Part shown: piece after piece, positions 39,054 to 52,500 of the stretch
How positions within the stretch are numbered: position 1 is the stretch's first letter
How the letters are laid out: each line of letters starts with the position of its first letter
Origin: Podarcis vaucheri
Lineage: Eukaryota
Assembly (NCBI GenBank): GCA_965113315.1
Contig: OZ220377.1
Reading direction: 5' to 3' (one strand)
Length of the DNA: 64,000 nt
The notes under the pieces: generated by a model
Database searches by the model: none
What the model saw: only the letters and a program-made list of their open reading frames with translations
Told to the model about the DNA's origin: nothing
Made by a program: the position numbers and the translations under genes

Positions 39054-41072
39054 TAAGGTAGCTTGCATTGGTTCTACTGTATTGGCCTGAATATAAGCTG
39101 CACTTTTTCTTCCAAATTCTGACCATGAAAAGTTAAAGTGTGGCTTAAATTCATGACCTTACAAAAATTGGCTTTTGCAGTATCGCTGCTGAAACAGACA
39201 TACTCTAAAACAGAGTGTGAGTGCCTGCGGAATTTTAAGGGAGCAGCTTATATTTGGATATTCTCTCCCCCCCCCCTTGAATTTTAAAGGTGTGGCTTAT
39301 ATTCAGGCCCATACGATATTTATCATTTCTCAGGTGGTAAAATTCAAATGGCATAATCAACGGGTTGCTAACAGAGAGAGAATATCCATTTTTTGTACGA
39401 TTTTGTACAGTGCATCCCCAGTGTTTCATGATGGGAATGTCCCACTGGGGAGTGTGGCAGTGGTGATGAGGTTGTGTGAGGTTGCTGCAAGGAGAGGGGA
39501 GCGCCATAGACCATTGCCATCAACCCAGAGCTCCTTTAACCTCACTTCTGTCTTGCCTCCATCCCTACAAGTGCACTGCCACTGCCAGGGGACACAACTG
39601 CCTCTGCGCGCTCTCTCTCACACACACCAATCCATCTCTGCAGTTTGCTGTAGCTTTCATGTTCCTCTAAAGACCTACTTCAAGTGGAGGCATTGGTTTC
39701 AGACCACTCATGCCCCCCATGGAAGTGGAGAGACTTAATACAGCTATGGGGGTGGGACAGACAAGCCAAGGTTTTCAGTGGAGGGTTGGCTTAACTTCAG
39801 TTTTTATACAAGGTGGCCGAGTGTGCCACTTTACACTTTGAAAAAAGCATTTTGATCAAACAACTTTCTGAAATATATAGTAGATGGTGGAGGGGGGCTT
39901 GCGGGAAAAGAGAAGACGAAACTCATAGGCAGCAATGGGCAGAAAAGGAGGAGCTGTTGATGTAGACATCGTGGGCACCAAGACAAGTTGCCTCCCACCC
40001 CCCACCCTCTATGCCATGCCTGAAATGGCAGAACAATTTGCCTACCCCCAGGGAAATTCAGACAGTCCTACACAAATCCCACCAACAGTAGCTTTTTTGG
40101 GCAGTGCTTTGTCAACATGGCCACACTTGTGCATTAGCTCCATAGAAGAGGTGCAAGGGGGAGGCACAAAGGTGTTGAAAACTGTCACAAATTGTATATA
40201 CTAAATTTGGAAATGAAAAATAGAACTAGTGAGGACATTTAGTGGATTGGTTCCTCTTATGAAACAAAATCAGGTAATTCAGAACTTTTTTGATCAGGCT
40301 TCACATATATAAAAGTTGACCCAAATTATTCAGTACTTAAAACAAAAAGTACTAGAGATGGAGTAAAATTAGTTCAGTTCACGTTTTAATGCAGACCTAC
40401 TTACCTTCCTGAACTAAGATGTAAACTGAAACACAGCTGAGCTTCCCAAGTCACTTCTCTGAAATTTGTAGTCCAGTTCCTTATGCAAAAATACACACCA
40501 AATAGCATATATTAAAGAACACTTGCACACAAAAAGCATATATTAGTGAAATATGCATCCTAGAAAAAATAATTTAAGAAAATGTATTATATATGGGGAA
40601 ATTGTTTTAGAATGCATATATTAGACAAAATCCATGCAAAAATGTATACTAGAAGAAATGTGAAAATTCATACAAATTGTTCAGACTTTTTTTTTAAAAA
40701 AAGCAAATTTATGTGGAAATGGGGCAAGCTCATCTTAAGATTGGATAAAATGATAAACTGAAATGGACAGATTTGTGCATCCCACCTTCATCATTAACCT
40801 GAGTAAATAAAGGTGTGTGTTTTGCCCGCTGACCTGGAGAAGTTTCTTTCTGCTGAATTTTAATGTCCATTTTTATGTAGAAAAGGCATGGGGAACCTCT
40901 GGCTCTCTAGATGTTGTTGGACTACAACTCCCATCATCTCTGACTATTGGCCAAGGTGGCTGGAGATGATGGGATTTGGAGTCCCACAGAGCAGCACAAA
41001 CTGAGAATGGTGAAGGGTCCTGTGGAAATGCTTCACCCCTGTTACTTCTTTTCTCTCCTTGAATCTCCCCAG

Positions 41073-41199
41073 CTGATCACCCCTCACGCCATCCGTGTCC
41101 AGACGCCCCCTCGTCACATCCCTGGTGTCGTTGAAGTAACATTATCATATAAATCCAAGCAGTTTTGCAAAGGAGCCCCTGGTAGATTTATTTATACAG
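41073..41199 (+). CDS. EBF2: EBF2 exon 10, IPT/TIG domain: [42 protein letters not shown]
   Basis: Acceptor ctccccAG, donor GTATGT, 127 nt; conserved COE IPT peptide. Confidence 0.97.
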
Positions 41200-42124
41200 G
41201 TATGTGAAAACTGTGTATCACAAAGGACTAAGTCCAGGTGACCTATTTGTTTCTAAATTACTAAAGTGTAAAGTTGTGTTGAAAATGGATCTTTTTTTGG
41301 GGCGGCGGCAGCAAAATGTAGCTTTTTGTTTCAAAATTGACACTTTTCTTTTCTCCTGCTTTTTTGGCTCTTTCCCAGCATTTGCACTGGTTGCCCCCCA
41401 CCCCACCCACTGGTTATATTTAGTTGTCCTGAGATTTCACATTGAAGTATCAGAATAAACAGCAGACCATGAGGAAGGACTAGCATCAGCACCAATGTCC
41501 TGGGACAGTTGTTGAGGCCCCAGCACCAGAGCAGGGCCCCTGACACCCGTCCACCTGTCCTTCACACCCCCTGCATCATTTTCCAGCCCAACACTATGAC
41601 TAACACTGCGTAGGGGTATCGCGCTGCCATCCCAAGGTAACTTAGCTCAGGGGTATTGTGGGGAAATGTAAATGGTGACTAGATGCAGCCACAAATCTCT
41701 GCTTGGAGCACAGCTCTTGGTAGAGCTGCTGCTGCTGCTGCTGCTGCCATTTTCCCTTGAACCCCACATAGCTGGAGCTGGAGCTGTCACAAGAGTTTTT
41801 TGTATTTCTCATGAGTAATAATGATACAAACTAAATGTAGGCCTAATTTATTTCCCTAGGGTGGTCCACCTTTGCCTGGGCTGTATCATTTTGGACTGCA
41901 GCTGTGGGATCCCCCGCTTGTACCTTTCTGCATTTCTTTCAGTAACAGTAGAGTTTTGTGGTAGAATGGATTGTGCCAGCACTACTGAGTTTGAACCATT
42001 TCAGAGCGCACTGATCCAGTAGTATACTCTCGGGCGTGTATTGGCTCTAGGTATACTCCAGTTTTTTTTTTATATACACACACACACACACACACACACA
42101 TTATATACAAACAAACCATTTATA

Positions 42125-42234
42125 TAGTCATACCTCGGGTTATAGATGCTTCAGGTTGCATTTTTTCGGGTTACGGACTGCCAAAACCCAGAAGTACCGG
42201 AACGGGTTACTTCCGGATTTTGGCGGTCACGCAT
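42125..42234. mobile_element. Left half of a Tigger-like MITE
   Basis: TA + (c>t)agtcatacctcggg..., then ccggaagta/tacttccgg palindromic motifs. No right TIR. Confidence 0.75.
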
Positions 42235-42712
42235 CTGTTTGATCTTCCATTCTATTTCCTGATTCATCATTTTCATGTATTGTACTTGATATAACTTTAT
42301 TTCTTTCAAAATCTCCTGGGACTTTGGTTTCACCCTCAATTTCTTCTCTCCTTCCTTTATTTTTTCCAGAATTTTATCTTTTTTCTCATTTTGCATTCTC
42401 TTCTTAATTGCCTTCTGTTGTATCAAAAATCCTCTCATGACAGCTTTACTTGCATCCCAGATTACTCTTTTTTCCACAGTAGTGTTCATATTTATCTCAA
42501 AATAGTCTCTCAAAGTTTTTTGGGCCTTCTTAGTAACTTCTTCATTCCTAAACAAAGAGTCATTCATTCTCCATCTAAAGGAACCAATTGGCATCAATTT
42601 CATTTCCATCTTCACAGCATTATGATCGGAGCAGGTCTTGGGACAAATTTCAACTTTACTAGTCTTCGGGGCCAGTCCTCTAGTTACCCAAATTTGGTCA
42701 ATTCTTGTCCAG
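42230..42712 (-). mobile_element. Internal L1-clade ORF2 fragment (end of the APE endonuclease plus linker), open frame
   Basis: ORF 42151..42735(-): WTRIDQIW...SDHNAV...FRWRMNDSLF...WDASKAVMRG, hallmark L1/Tx1 motifs. Confidence 0.9.
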
Positions 42713-43129
42713 ATAAAAGGCACTCTTTGCCACAAAAGGCAGGCCTCATGCTCAGCTCATGCGTTTCACAGAGGCATCAGGCTGGCCACTGGAGGAGGAA
42801 ACCAGGTGCTTGATAGATACAACAATCTGATCCAGTAGAATTCTTAATACTCATAATAGCAGATAATATTTTTGGTTTTTCATATAGAAAATATGGGTGT
42901 AAATAGAAGTTCTGCACAAGCAGATTCTGCTTATATTTGAATAAGCCCCAGGTGTTGCGAAGGAAACTTTGTTCAGAAGTCTAGAACTAGCTCCACAAAG
43001 ACACTCACATGTCCCCGGTCAGTGCTGAGTTAGATGGACCAATGGTCTGACCCAGTATAAGGCAGCTTCCCGTGTTCCTACATGTCTTGAATGGGAACCA
43101 ATTCCCATGTGAGAACGAAAGAAAATAAA

Positions 43130-43760
43130 AAGAACTTGCTGGGTCAGGCCAGTGGTCCATCTTGACCAAGATTCTGTTCTCTCAGCAGCCTATGGAAAGC
43201 TGTAAAGCAGGACTTGAACAGAATTCTCCCCACTTGTGGTTCTCAGGAACTGAAAATTCAGAGGCATACTCCCTCCAACTGTGGAGATAGAACATAGCCA
43301 TTGTGGCTGTTGTTGTTGTTTAGTCGTGTCCGACCCTTCGTGACCCCATGGACCAGAGCACGCCAGGCACTTCTGTCTTCCACTGCTTCCCTCAGTTTGG
43401 CAAACACCATCTCGTCCTCTGTCATCCCCTTCTCTTTCCCAATATCAGGGTCTTTTCCAGGGAGTCTTCTCATGAGGTGGCCAAAGTCTTGGAGCCTCAG
43501 CTTCAGGATCTGTCCTTCCAGTGAGCACTCAGGGCTGATTTCCTTCAGAATGGAGAGGTTTGATCTTCTTGCAGTCCATGGGACTCTCAAGAGTCTCCTC
43601 CAGCACCATAATTCAAAAGCATCCATTCTTCAGCGATCAGCCTTCTTTATGGTCCAGCTTTCACTTCCATACACATGATAATCTTACACTAATCCTCTTT
43701 TAAAACCATCCTAAATTGGTGGACATGACTGCCTGTTGTGGGAGCAAATTCATAGCTGTG
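43130..43760 (-). mobile_element. CR1 3' end, host of the BovB insertion
   Basis: gctgggtcaggccagtggtccatc...catagccattgtggct | taatcctcttttaaaaccatcc...gtgggagcaaattc, collinear with 25843-26220. Confidence 0.7.
43308..43673 (-). mobile_element. BovB (RTE) LINE 3' fragment with (CAA)n tail
   Basis: DAFELWCWRRLLRVPWTARRSNLSILKEISPECSLEGQILKLRL...WRALVHGVTK.RTRL, the BovB ORF C-terminus. Confidence 0.93.
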
Positions 43761-44648
43761 TCTTGTGGGTGTCTCAACTCTTCTTCCCACACAAACCTTC
43801 CTTGTACCTTTTGGTTCCCTCCCCTGCACTATGGGCTCCCCACTTTCTGTTTGAAGTGTGGCTTCAGCCAGTGCCCCAAGTGAGGCTGCTGCCAGGAACG
43901 GATAATCCATCTATCCAAACAGTGAGCCAGTCCCACTGCTGCTGTTTGACCATACAGAAGAACATAGATACCCAAGGAAATAGTGAAAGATGATTTTCAG
44001 ATCCATCCAGAAGGGAAAGGTTGTTTTGCTGCTTTATGCTAGAAGATGCTCCATAAAATTAGTGATGGGAGGAGGGAGAATCAAGCAATTTCTCAGTCTC
44101 TCTATCTAAGTAGATCATGACAAGCAAAGCGATAAACACAACTATTAAGTACAGCTGCACCTGGTGTAAGCAATTCCCCCAGCTCATTTTGGCTGGTAGT
44201 AGAATTGTTGAAAGAAAAACACAGAACAATAAAATAAGAACTTCCAAGCTGCACAATTAACCCAGGGTGTTGTTGTTTTTCTTGCCTCCAATTACTATAT
44301 TAGTGGTGTTCAAAGTCTGTTTTGCTCATGGTACAGATCGTTCCTTTTTCTCAGCTTTCACTGGTGAATCTATACATAGTCCTGGATAATATGCAATACT
44401 TTCTATACGAAATTGACAATTTAAGTCAAAACAATGGCTGAAGTAAAAATCAAATTGGGGTAGGGAAGTGGGAATAATTTCTTTAAAAAGTAACATTTGA
44501 AATTTAAAATGGTTCCCTTGGGGTCTAACCCTGCCATCAATAAGCTATAGGTACAGCAGTTGTCTTGCACATATTTAATTCATGGCAAGACTGAAGGGTC
44601 AGCATTCAAAATGTGATGTTATAATTTTTGCATTCTGAGCAGGCAATC

Positions 44649-44684
<36 letters not shown>

Positions 44685-44737
44685 TACGTACGTGTGAATT
44701 AGGTATAAGCCAACTTCACCAGTTCATTTCTTTTTGG

Positions 44738-44925
44738 GGTGGCCATAGCTCAGTGGAAGAACATTTGCTTTGCATGTAACAGGTCCCTCGTTCAATACTG
44801 GCCATCTCCAGGTAGGACTGGATAACCCCTACATGAAATCCTGGAAAGCTGATACCATTCAGCGTAGACAATGGCTGAGCCAGGTGGACTAATGGACTGA
44901 CTCAATAAAAGGCACCTTCTATGTT
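44738..44925 (+). mobile_element. tRNA-derived SINE (Squam3-like)
   Basis: ggccatagctcagtgg (A-box), gttcaatac (B-box), CR1-like tail ggtggactaatggactgactcaataaaaggcaccttctatgtt. Confidence 0.75.
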
Positions 44926-46639
44926 TATTGTTCTGTGGATTCCCTCTGTCTGGCATCCAGCTCCTCCTGAATGTATTTATGTAATCCACCAGTCTTTCTT
45001 CCAGCAGTGATAGGTACTCTTCTCAAGTTTTCTTTTCTTTTTTGTGGTGTTTTATCACTGTGCACAACTGAACCAGTAAAACAACACAAATAAAGAATCT
45101 TGATGCAACCTTGCATCCAAAACAGCATTTCTTCAATGTGTACAAAACTGTGACAAATTCCACATACAAAGTGCTCTGTACCACATTTGAGGAGGATGGG
45201 GGTATGGAATAGTTCAAATTTGGAAACAGGATCAGGTAATAATTCAGATCTCAGAATAATTGTCTAATTGATGCTCAGTTTCCACTTAATCCCCTACAAG
45301 GTACTGGGACTCAAGTCCAATTAAACCCAATGATATGTCTGAGTAATCATGGTTAGAAATCAAACTCAAATATTAAATTTGTTCTCATCTCTTAGAAACT
45401 GCTTCTAATTGTGTTATACTTTGAGCCATTCTTCCTTCTTAGGAATAAGATGGATCCAAGTCTTTGATTGGATTTGTACCATGCCATGATCAGCACCAGC
45501 GTGGAAGGGGAGTCAATAAGTCAATAGCAGTTTTGATGTCAGAATCAGGTTCCTATCAAGATCCCTCCCAAGGGAACTGGCCGTGAAGGCAGAGACTGAA
45601 TCCGGTGTTCCTATTAGTAAGCAGGTGGAGAGATGATAAAGCAGGGATTTTCGGAGCTCAGGTTGCAACTGCTAAAGATCTGAGGAGAAGTCTTCAATAT
45701 TTAATACAAAATCCAATATTCATTCCATGTTCAAACTGATTAGGCATTAGCTGAACAAGAACAGCACTGAGACAGCTTGTTTGAAGAGGAGAGAGCCATA
45801 AACTGTTAAAAAGACAACCATAAAAATTAAAGATAAATTCCAAGGGTAAATCTAAATGTCACAGTGGGAGCTGTTATCGGCATGCATATGTTCCCCATAA
45901 TGGGTATTTATAATAGGTTACGGCAAAGTATGTCATACTAGCAATGCTGTAGTTAAGAATCTGTCAGCAGTTCCTCTCTGAGTGTTATCACTCACAATGC
46001 TGCTGCAAAGCAATCACCCAGCTGATTGTGGTGCCAAGGCTGTGTTTATTGTTTTGAGCTTCTCCCCGCTTCCCTCTACCCACTCTATAAGGGGGGGGAG
46101 TCCCCCAGTAGCTGAAAAGGTTTAGAAACCTATCCATGGAGATTTGCGGAAATGGGTTGATTTTTGGCACCCTGCTTTGGGCCTGAAAACACTAAAGGCA
46201 CACAAGAGTGGGATGGATCCAGTCAACAGCTGCAGTCCTAATCCCACTTATCTGGGGGTCAGGATGCTGGAGAATTCTGATGAAGGCAGAAATAGGAGTG
46301 GAAGTTGCCACTGTACACTTATTGGTTCCATGTCCAGAATGGAAATCAGTCCAGTGAATACGGTCAGTTGTTGCAGCTGCTGTTGCTTTCAGTCCACTAA
46401 ACAATTTGAAATTGATGACATTTCCTCCACCATTTGCATTATGTTTCCTTTGCATTGAAATTAGTGGTGTGGAATAACATAATGGCAATGTAATTTACGT
46501 AACTTACATAATTACACCACAGTGGACAGTGAGAAGACACTTTTTTGTGGAGGCAGACTGCAGAGGAATGGAAACAGTGTTGCATGCAAGGAATACAGTA
46601 TGGAATGCAAAACGATGCCTTCTTACATCCTACCTGTTT

Positions 46640-46830
46640 ACTATTATTGATGGATTATTGAATATTGCTTTATTTGATATAAATTGTTCATTTTAAAGAT
46701 ATTGTGACTTTTTGTATTGAATCAGATTTGATTCAATAAAACATGTTTGATGTTTTATTATGTTGCTATGTGTTGGAAGCCGCCCAGAGTGGCTGGGGCA
46801 ACCCAGCCAGATGGGCGGGGTATAAATAAA

Positions 46831-46877
<47 letters not shown>

Positions 46878-46895
46878 TACTATTACTATTATTAC
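46640..46895 (+). mobile_element. L2-type LINE 3' end with (ATT)n/(ACT)n tail
   Basis: ttggaagccgcccagagtggctggggcaacccagccagatgggcggggtataaataaa(att)n. Confidence 0.75.
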
Positions 46896-49639
46896 TATCT
46901 GAGAGTAGGCCCCACAGAATTCAATAGGACCTATGTCTGAGTAGACATGGTTGGAATTGGGCGGTAAGTTATTTGAATTCAGTTGAACATAGTTTCCACT
47001 GGGAGTTAAAATAAGCCATAACTAACTTGTCCCACTGATTTCAGAGAGGCCTAAATTCAACTAGCTTAGTCTGGATTCAATCCAATTTCAACAATATAAT
47101 GATAGCCACAGAAAGGAAAGAAATCTCAAGTAGTTGTGCATGCTTAATAGTACATGTTGCTGACACTTAAGCCTTGTGCAGGCGTTATTAGCTTCCATGT
47201 GCAGCAACACAGAAGCATGAATGGGGCCATGTCAAGTAAGCCTGTCCCTGATATATCACATACGATCTATGACCCAGGGACGGGAAGCCTCATTTTAGCT
47301 CTGGGGCCATATTCCCTTCTAGGCAACCTTCCAGAGGCCATATGGGTGGGGCAAGAGGCAAAAAAGGATGGAGCAGTGAATATAATTTTTACGCTTGCAG
47401 AGTAGGCTAGCTTTTACACACACACTTCTTGCACACACATCCAGACAAGGAAGAGCCATTAACAGAGATCAAGGACACATTCCAACCTGTCAGAAAGCAC
47501 TCAAGGAGAGTGCAAAGCAAGGCCAGTGAAGATTGTGGCCTGGGGAGAGACAATGTGTCTGGGAAGGGGCTGTGGCCATGAGCATCTTCCAAGGACCAGC
47601 CTGGAGAGCCACCTTTTGCCCCGGGCCTCAGATTGTGTGTACAGCCTGAACACATGGAGTGTGAGGGGCTGTTGTGAATCTAGTTTTACACATGAAAACT
47701 TCCATGAGATCTGGAACAAATATCAGCCAGTCTGGACTGAGCATGCAACTAGGGGTGGGGGCTTTTCTGCACCATCAGGCGTTTTGTTCCTGTGTAACTA
47801 TAATTTCTGCATAGGGCTTTGGTTGCAACAGTTTTAGACATATTAGCTTGCGCTATTGCACTGTGCAGATGATCAGTATCGATAATGTGCCTTACATTTA
47901 AATTTTCTTGTGTAAACTGGAACTGAATTGGTTGGCTGTGTGTGCAGAACTGATCGCTGAATCTTGCTTGACCAGAACCAGAACCAATCCAGAACAGCAT
48001 CAGATGCAGCCAAACCTGAACTGAATTTAAAAAAGGAATGGCTTGACTCGCTTGTCTGTCTATGTACCTCTCTGAGCAAAGGCACTAAGCCAGTCCCCCC
48101 CCCCCCAGTAAAGACAACACTTTGCTATTCATTGGTGGCAAGCAGTGGAACCAAGAAGGCCTCTGTGGTACGATGTTTCACATCTTGTGTGTCACACCTG
48201 AAAAAGGCGTGTTTCTACCTGCTATATTTCAGATGGCACAGGGACATAAAGCAGGGCTTCTGTACTGTGGCGAGATGTGTTATATTTTAATTTATGGTAA
48301 TAATTTTTACATTTGCATGTAGACATAGAAATCATCATATGCAACTTTTATGCAAATTTGGTATCTCTTTTACCATCTTATTTTGGTGATGCAAACACTC
48401 TTTTTTGGCAATGCATTATGGGCCTAATAAAATTTCATCAACAACCCAGAGGACTAGAATTGTGAACAGCAAAATCAAATCAAATAAATAAGAACTGAGA
48501 TACACTAGAAGCTATAGAGCAACTGTTGCAACTTATCATGACAAACTGAAAGCATATTTTTGTTGATTTTTTAAACAATTAATACTAAGCAGTAGCCTGA
48601 TTGTTTTCTTGATCATCAAATCTGGATATTCTCATTAGATATTTTTATTTAAATACACACATTTAGATATTATTTCATTTATTATTTTTATTTCAAAAGT
48701 TCATAACCACTTTTGCTTGAAATAAGACATGTAATTCCCTTAAACTATTAGACTCACAAGAAAGAAGAGAAATGGCACATTGTGATATATAAGATCTCAG
48801 GAGGTTTCTGACAAATTCTCACGATTATTGGCATAACTTTCCTGCCCTGCTCCCAAATGGGAAATAGATTCTGTGGCAGTTGAAATGTGTATTATTAAAC
48901 TCCTTAAGTGATCCAGGATGGTTCCCAGTAGGCAGGAAAAAAACATTCTAAGTATAGCAAAATCTAAATTCTCAGGTCTAAGGCTTTCCTGCTCAACTCC
49001 CATTTGATTCAGTCCCATAATATTTAAACTCACCATCATTGTTTCATTAAAATAAATCAAAATGTATGTCACCAGGACATATTATGATTTCTTGCTTCTA
49101 TGTTGCTAAGTAGAGGCAGATGAGAGCATAGGGGACAGCGCTATGATTTCCAGTTTAATTTATTGCTGCCAATCAGCTATCAAGCCCAGGCGTGTCCCCC
49201 AGGCAAAGTGTAGCTCTGTACTATTCTCAGAATGAGTGCCCTCCAAGTGGTCTGGCCAGTGGTGAGGGTGGGCTGCCGTGGTGTGGAGAAGCAGTGGAGC
49301 AGACTGCAGCAAGGGTTTGTGAACCATCCACCATTTAAAATTTCCCACAAGGCTCTGGTGCAGCTTTGCTCTATTTGGATATTGTGGGCATTTTAAGGTG
49401 GTGAACCATCTGCCATTAAGTTAAACACTAGTATCAAAGGAACAGGTGGGCCCGAACTCTGCTTCCCGCATAAACACTAGTGAGCTCTCCCAAGGGGCAA
49501 TCCTAGCAAGCTTGATTGTTGATATGGGTAAAAGTAGGAGTCTGTCCGGAGCTGAATCCACTGTGACCTCCTACAATCCACCTTGAAAGATATTCCTTTA
49601 TCATTGATCTGGTCCAGGGGTGGACAACCTTAGTGTTTT

Positions 49640-50185
49640 ACATGATGGGTTTCATTTGAAGAAAGTTCAGAAACCGCAGCTGGTGCAGCATTTGGCGACA
49701 AGAGGGTCTGAACAATTAACACCCATTCTGGCATGACTGCACTGGTTACCACTTTGTTTCTGGGATCAATTCAAAGACATGTTTTTGACCTATAAAGGCT
49801 TATGAGGTTCAGGACCCAGTACCCCAAAGACTGCCTCTCCTTACATAAACTGACCCAGACCCTGCAATCATCATCGGAGACCCTTCTTTGCTTACCCACT
49901 CCATAGGAGGCTTGGAGGGTGGGAATACGAGACTGGACCATTTCAGTGGTGCCCTCACACACTTGTGGAATACTCTCCCCACCTTCCTCTATATTTTAGG
50001 TGTAAAATAAAGGTGCGTTTTTTCTTTACTCAGGCTTTTGGTCCTTATATTGAAGGGTAGCACTGTTTTATCTCTTTAGTTGCATTTTTTTGATTTTTAT
50101 TGAATGTTCTGAATTGGTTGTAATGTAAGTCACTTTGGGCCCCTCTGTGAGAAAAGTGATTAACAACTTAATAAATAAATGAATA
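49640..50185 (+). mobile_element. L2 LINE 3' fragment
   Basis: Decayed QLVQ...TPIL..LHWLP...QFK...TYK...GP.Y..D.L and FSGA..LWN.LP motifs; AATAAA-rich tail. Confidence 0.75.
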
Positions 50186-51310
50186 ATCAATCAATCAATC
50201 AGTCTCTTCTGGGCAACGTCAGTGATTAAATGCAAAAATGGGCAGAGCAACAAATGAAGATTTTATCTTTGTACAGTGGGCTAGTTTTTATGCACATCCT
50301 TCTCTATCCTCCATCCAAGCAAGCAAGATGCATTCTCAAGTCAAGCAAAGCAGTTGAGGTGCGCAAAGTAGGACTGGTGATAGGCATGGCCTGGGGAGAT
50401 CAGGTGTGGCTGGGGGGGGGGTATGGTATGGGGAAAGTTTTGTGGACCAGTTAGAGAGGTTTAGAGAGATGCATTTGGTCCCCGAGCCAAAAGTTTTCCC
50501 CACCCCACCCTGTTCTAATCCCTAGGAGATTAGCCTTTGCACATTCAGTAGAATTTGTTCTCTTAGAATCATAGGGTTCTATTACAGGTGTGACAGAGGT
50601 ACCTTTTGCTGTTTTGTAAATAGATGTTTGTCTCTTCCTCTTTGTTTTGTTATGTTTTGAGGCAGAACACCTGCCTTCTGGGGATGCCTATTGGCTGGCA
50701 GCTGTGATGTCATAAGCCCCCATTTCCAAAGCACTTTGACAAGTTCTTTTCCCCCTCTTAATATGGCCAAGAATAAACAGACAATATGCCTCTTAAAAGA
50801 TAATTAAAGGCATCTGCCAGCCTGACAAAACTAGCAGCTGTTGCATCATTGGATGATTGCTATGTAAAGTTGGTTGCTTTTTCAGTGCTGCAAAGATATT
50901 ACTCCCCCCAAATCAACTGGAAATAGAGTTAAAAGAGAGGTTCCACAAAACACTCAAAGTACTTTACTATTTAGCAATGCCCTTTTCAATAGCCCATATC
51001 CTTCTGTAATACTTACAAGTAAGGCCTGTTCAGTAACAGTACCTTGCACTGTTAAAACTTTTTTCCATAAAAGTTCTACATGTTTAACGAATTGCCCCTT
51101 AACTGCCCCTTAAATAGCCAGCTTCTCTTCTCCACTCATGTGTATGTGTGCGCATGTGTGTGCATTTTTGCCTTCAGTTACTGATTTCATTGTTTCTCCC
51201 CCCTTTTAATTGCAAAATAGAATTTTGCTTTCCCAAAGGAAGACATGTCTTTAAGCCAGTTGTTGCACATATGTGATCTTTATTTCTTTTTTTCCCATTC
51301 CCTATTTTAG

Positions 51311-51399
51311 CTTTAAATGAGCCTACCATAGACTATGGTTTCCAAAGACTCCAGAAAGTTATACCAAGACATCCTGGTGACCCGGAACGACTAGCCAAG
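51311..51399 (+). CDS. EBF2: EBF2 exon 11, HLH helix 1 and loop: (A)[29 protein letters not shown]
   Basis: Acceptor cctattttAG, donor GTAAAA, 89 nt. ERLAK (vs ERLPK in EBF1/3) is EBF2-type. Not listed in the ORF track; read directly from the sequence. Confidence 0.96.
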
Positions 51400-52500
51400 G
51401 TAAAAAGTTTTCTATGTTACTTAACATATTTTTGAAACATTGAAAGAATAAATATTCTATGTGTATCTAAATGTATGCCAGTTTAATTGACTGGTTAAAC
51501 CAGGGTGATACTATGTAGATAATATGGACTATAACTGCCATTATCCCTGACCATTGACTAAACTTGGCTGGAGCTGATGGTAGCTGGAATCCACAATATC
51601 TGGAGGACACTATGTTTTCTACTCATGGATTAGTCTAATAAAATCTATCAATGGAGATTTCTTAATAAATAATTCCCACATTAAACATTCATAAATGAAG
51701 GGTCAGAGTAAGCACTGGACGTCAAATTGACACATATAATCTCCAAACAAATGTGAGTGGTCAAAGGATGGGCTTACTTGCAACATCTGTTTTCTATCAT
51801 ATTTAGTAAATGGCACAGCAATAACCATGGTAACTTGTGAAATCTCATCATTGTTACTTCTCCATACCATTCAAAAATTCTGTGATGGAATCCATTGAAT
51901 GAGACAGTGACCAAAAAGGAGAGAGATTCCTGGGGAATTTAATTGTCCACAAACCTGCTTTCCACACGTTTCACAGCTACAGCCTCTCCATCATAAGCTG
52001 GCCTGTTGGAGAATTCCCCTGGCTGGCTGCAAAGGAGGGCAGTATAGCTTGCCATCCACTGGAATTCAAATTGGCCAGTCATTGGCCAGAGAGGGCAGTG
52101 CTTGGGTGACAGACCAGAGGGAAGTACAAGTCTTCGCTCCAGTCTGCCACCCAGCTACTATATAGCCTGGCTGATTTTCTGTTAATTTCTTTGACACTGG
52201 ACCTACTCCCCAAAATGTGGCAGTCCTTCCAAATGAGAAACTTGTTGGTTGTCCACTGCAACCAACTTATTTTTTAAGGGATAACCCCAAGGAAGAGTTA
52301 GATTTGTTATAGTATGATTCAGGATGATACTGAGAGACCTAGCAGTGTGAGAGTGCAAATGATGTGATACATAGCATCATTATGGCTACATATAACATCA
52401 AAGCAAATCTAAGTCATTCTAACATGGGATCCTGTTTGCCAGAGACTTGCTGCCTAGCCCTTCTTTATAACCATTGGTTGTCCTTCTTTCTTCCTTGCAG

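Noticed and set aside
39217-39738. 173-aa plus-strand ORF after exon 9
   Set aside because: No homology I can recognise, not part of the EBF2 frame, overlaps repeat remnants.
42151-42735. 194-aa ORF as a nested host gene
   Set aside because: It is an L1 ORF2 fragment extended by chance into MITE sequence.
44738-44812. tRNA gene
   Set aside because: Degenerate tRNA-like head continuing into a SINE body and CR1-like tail; not a functional tRNA.
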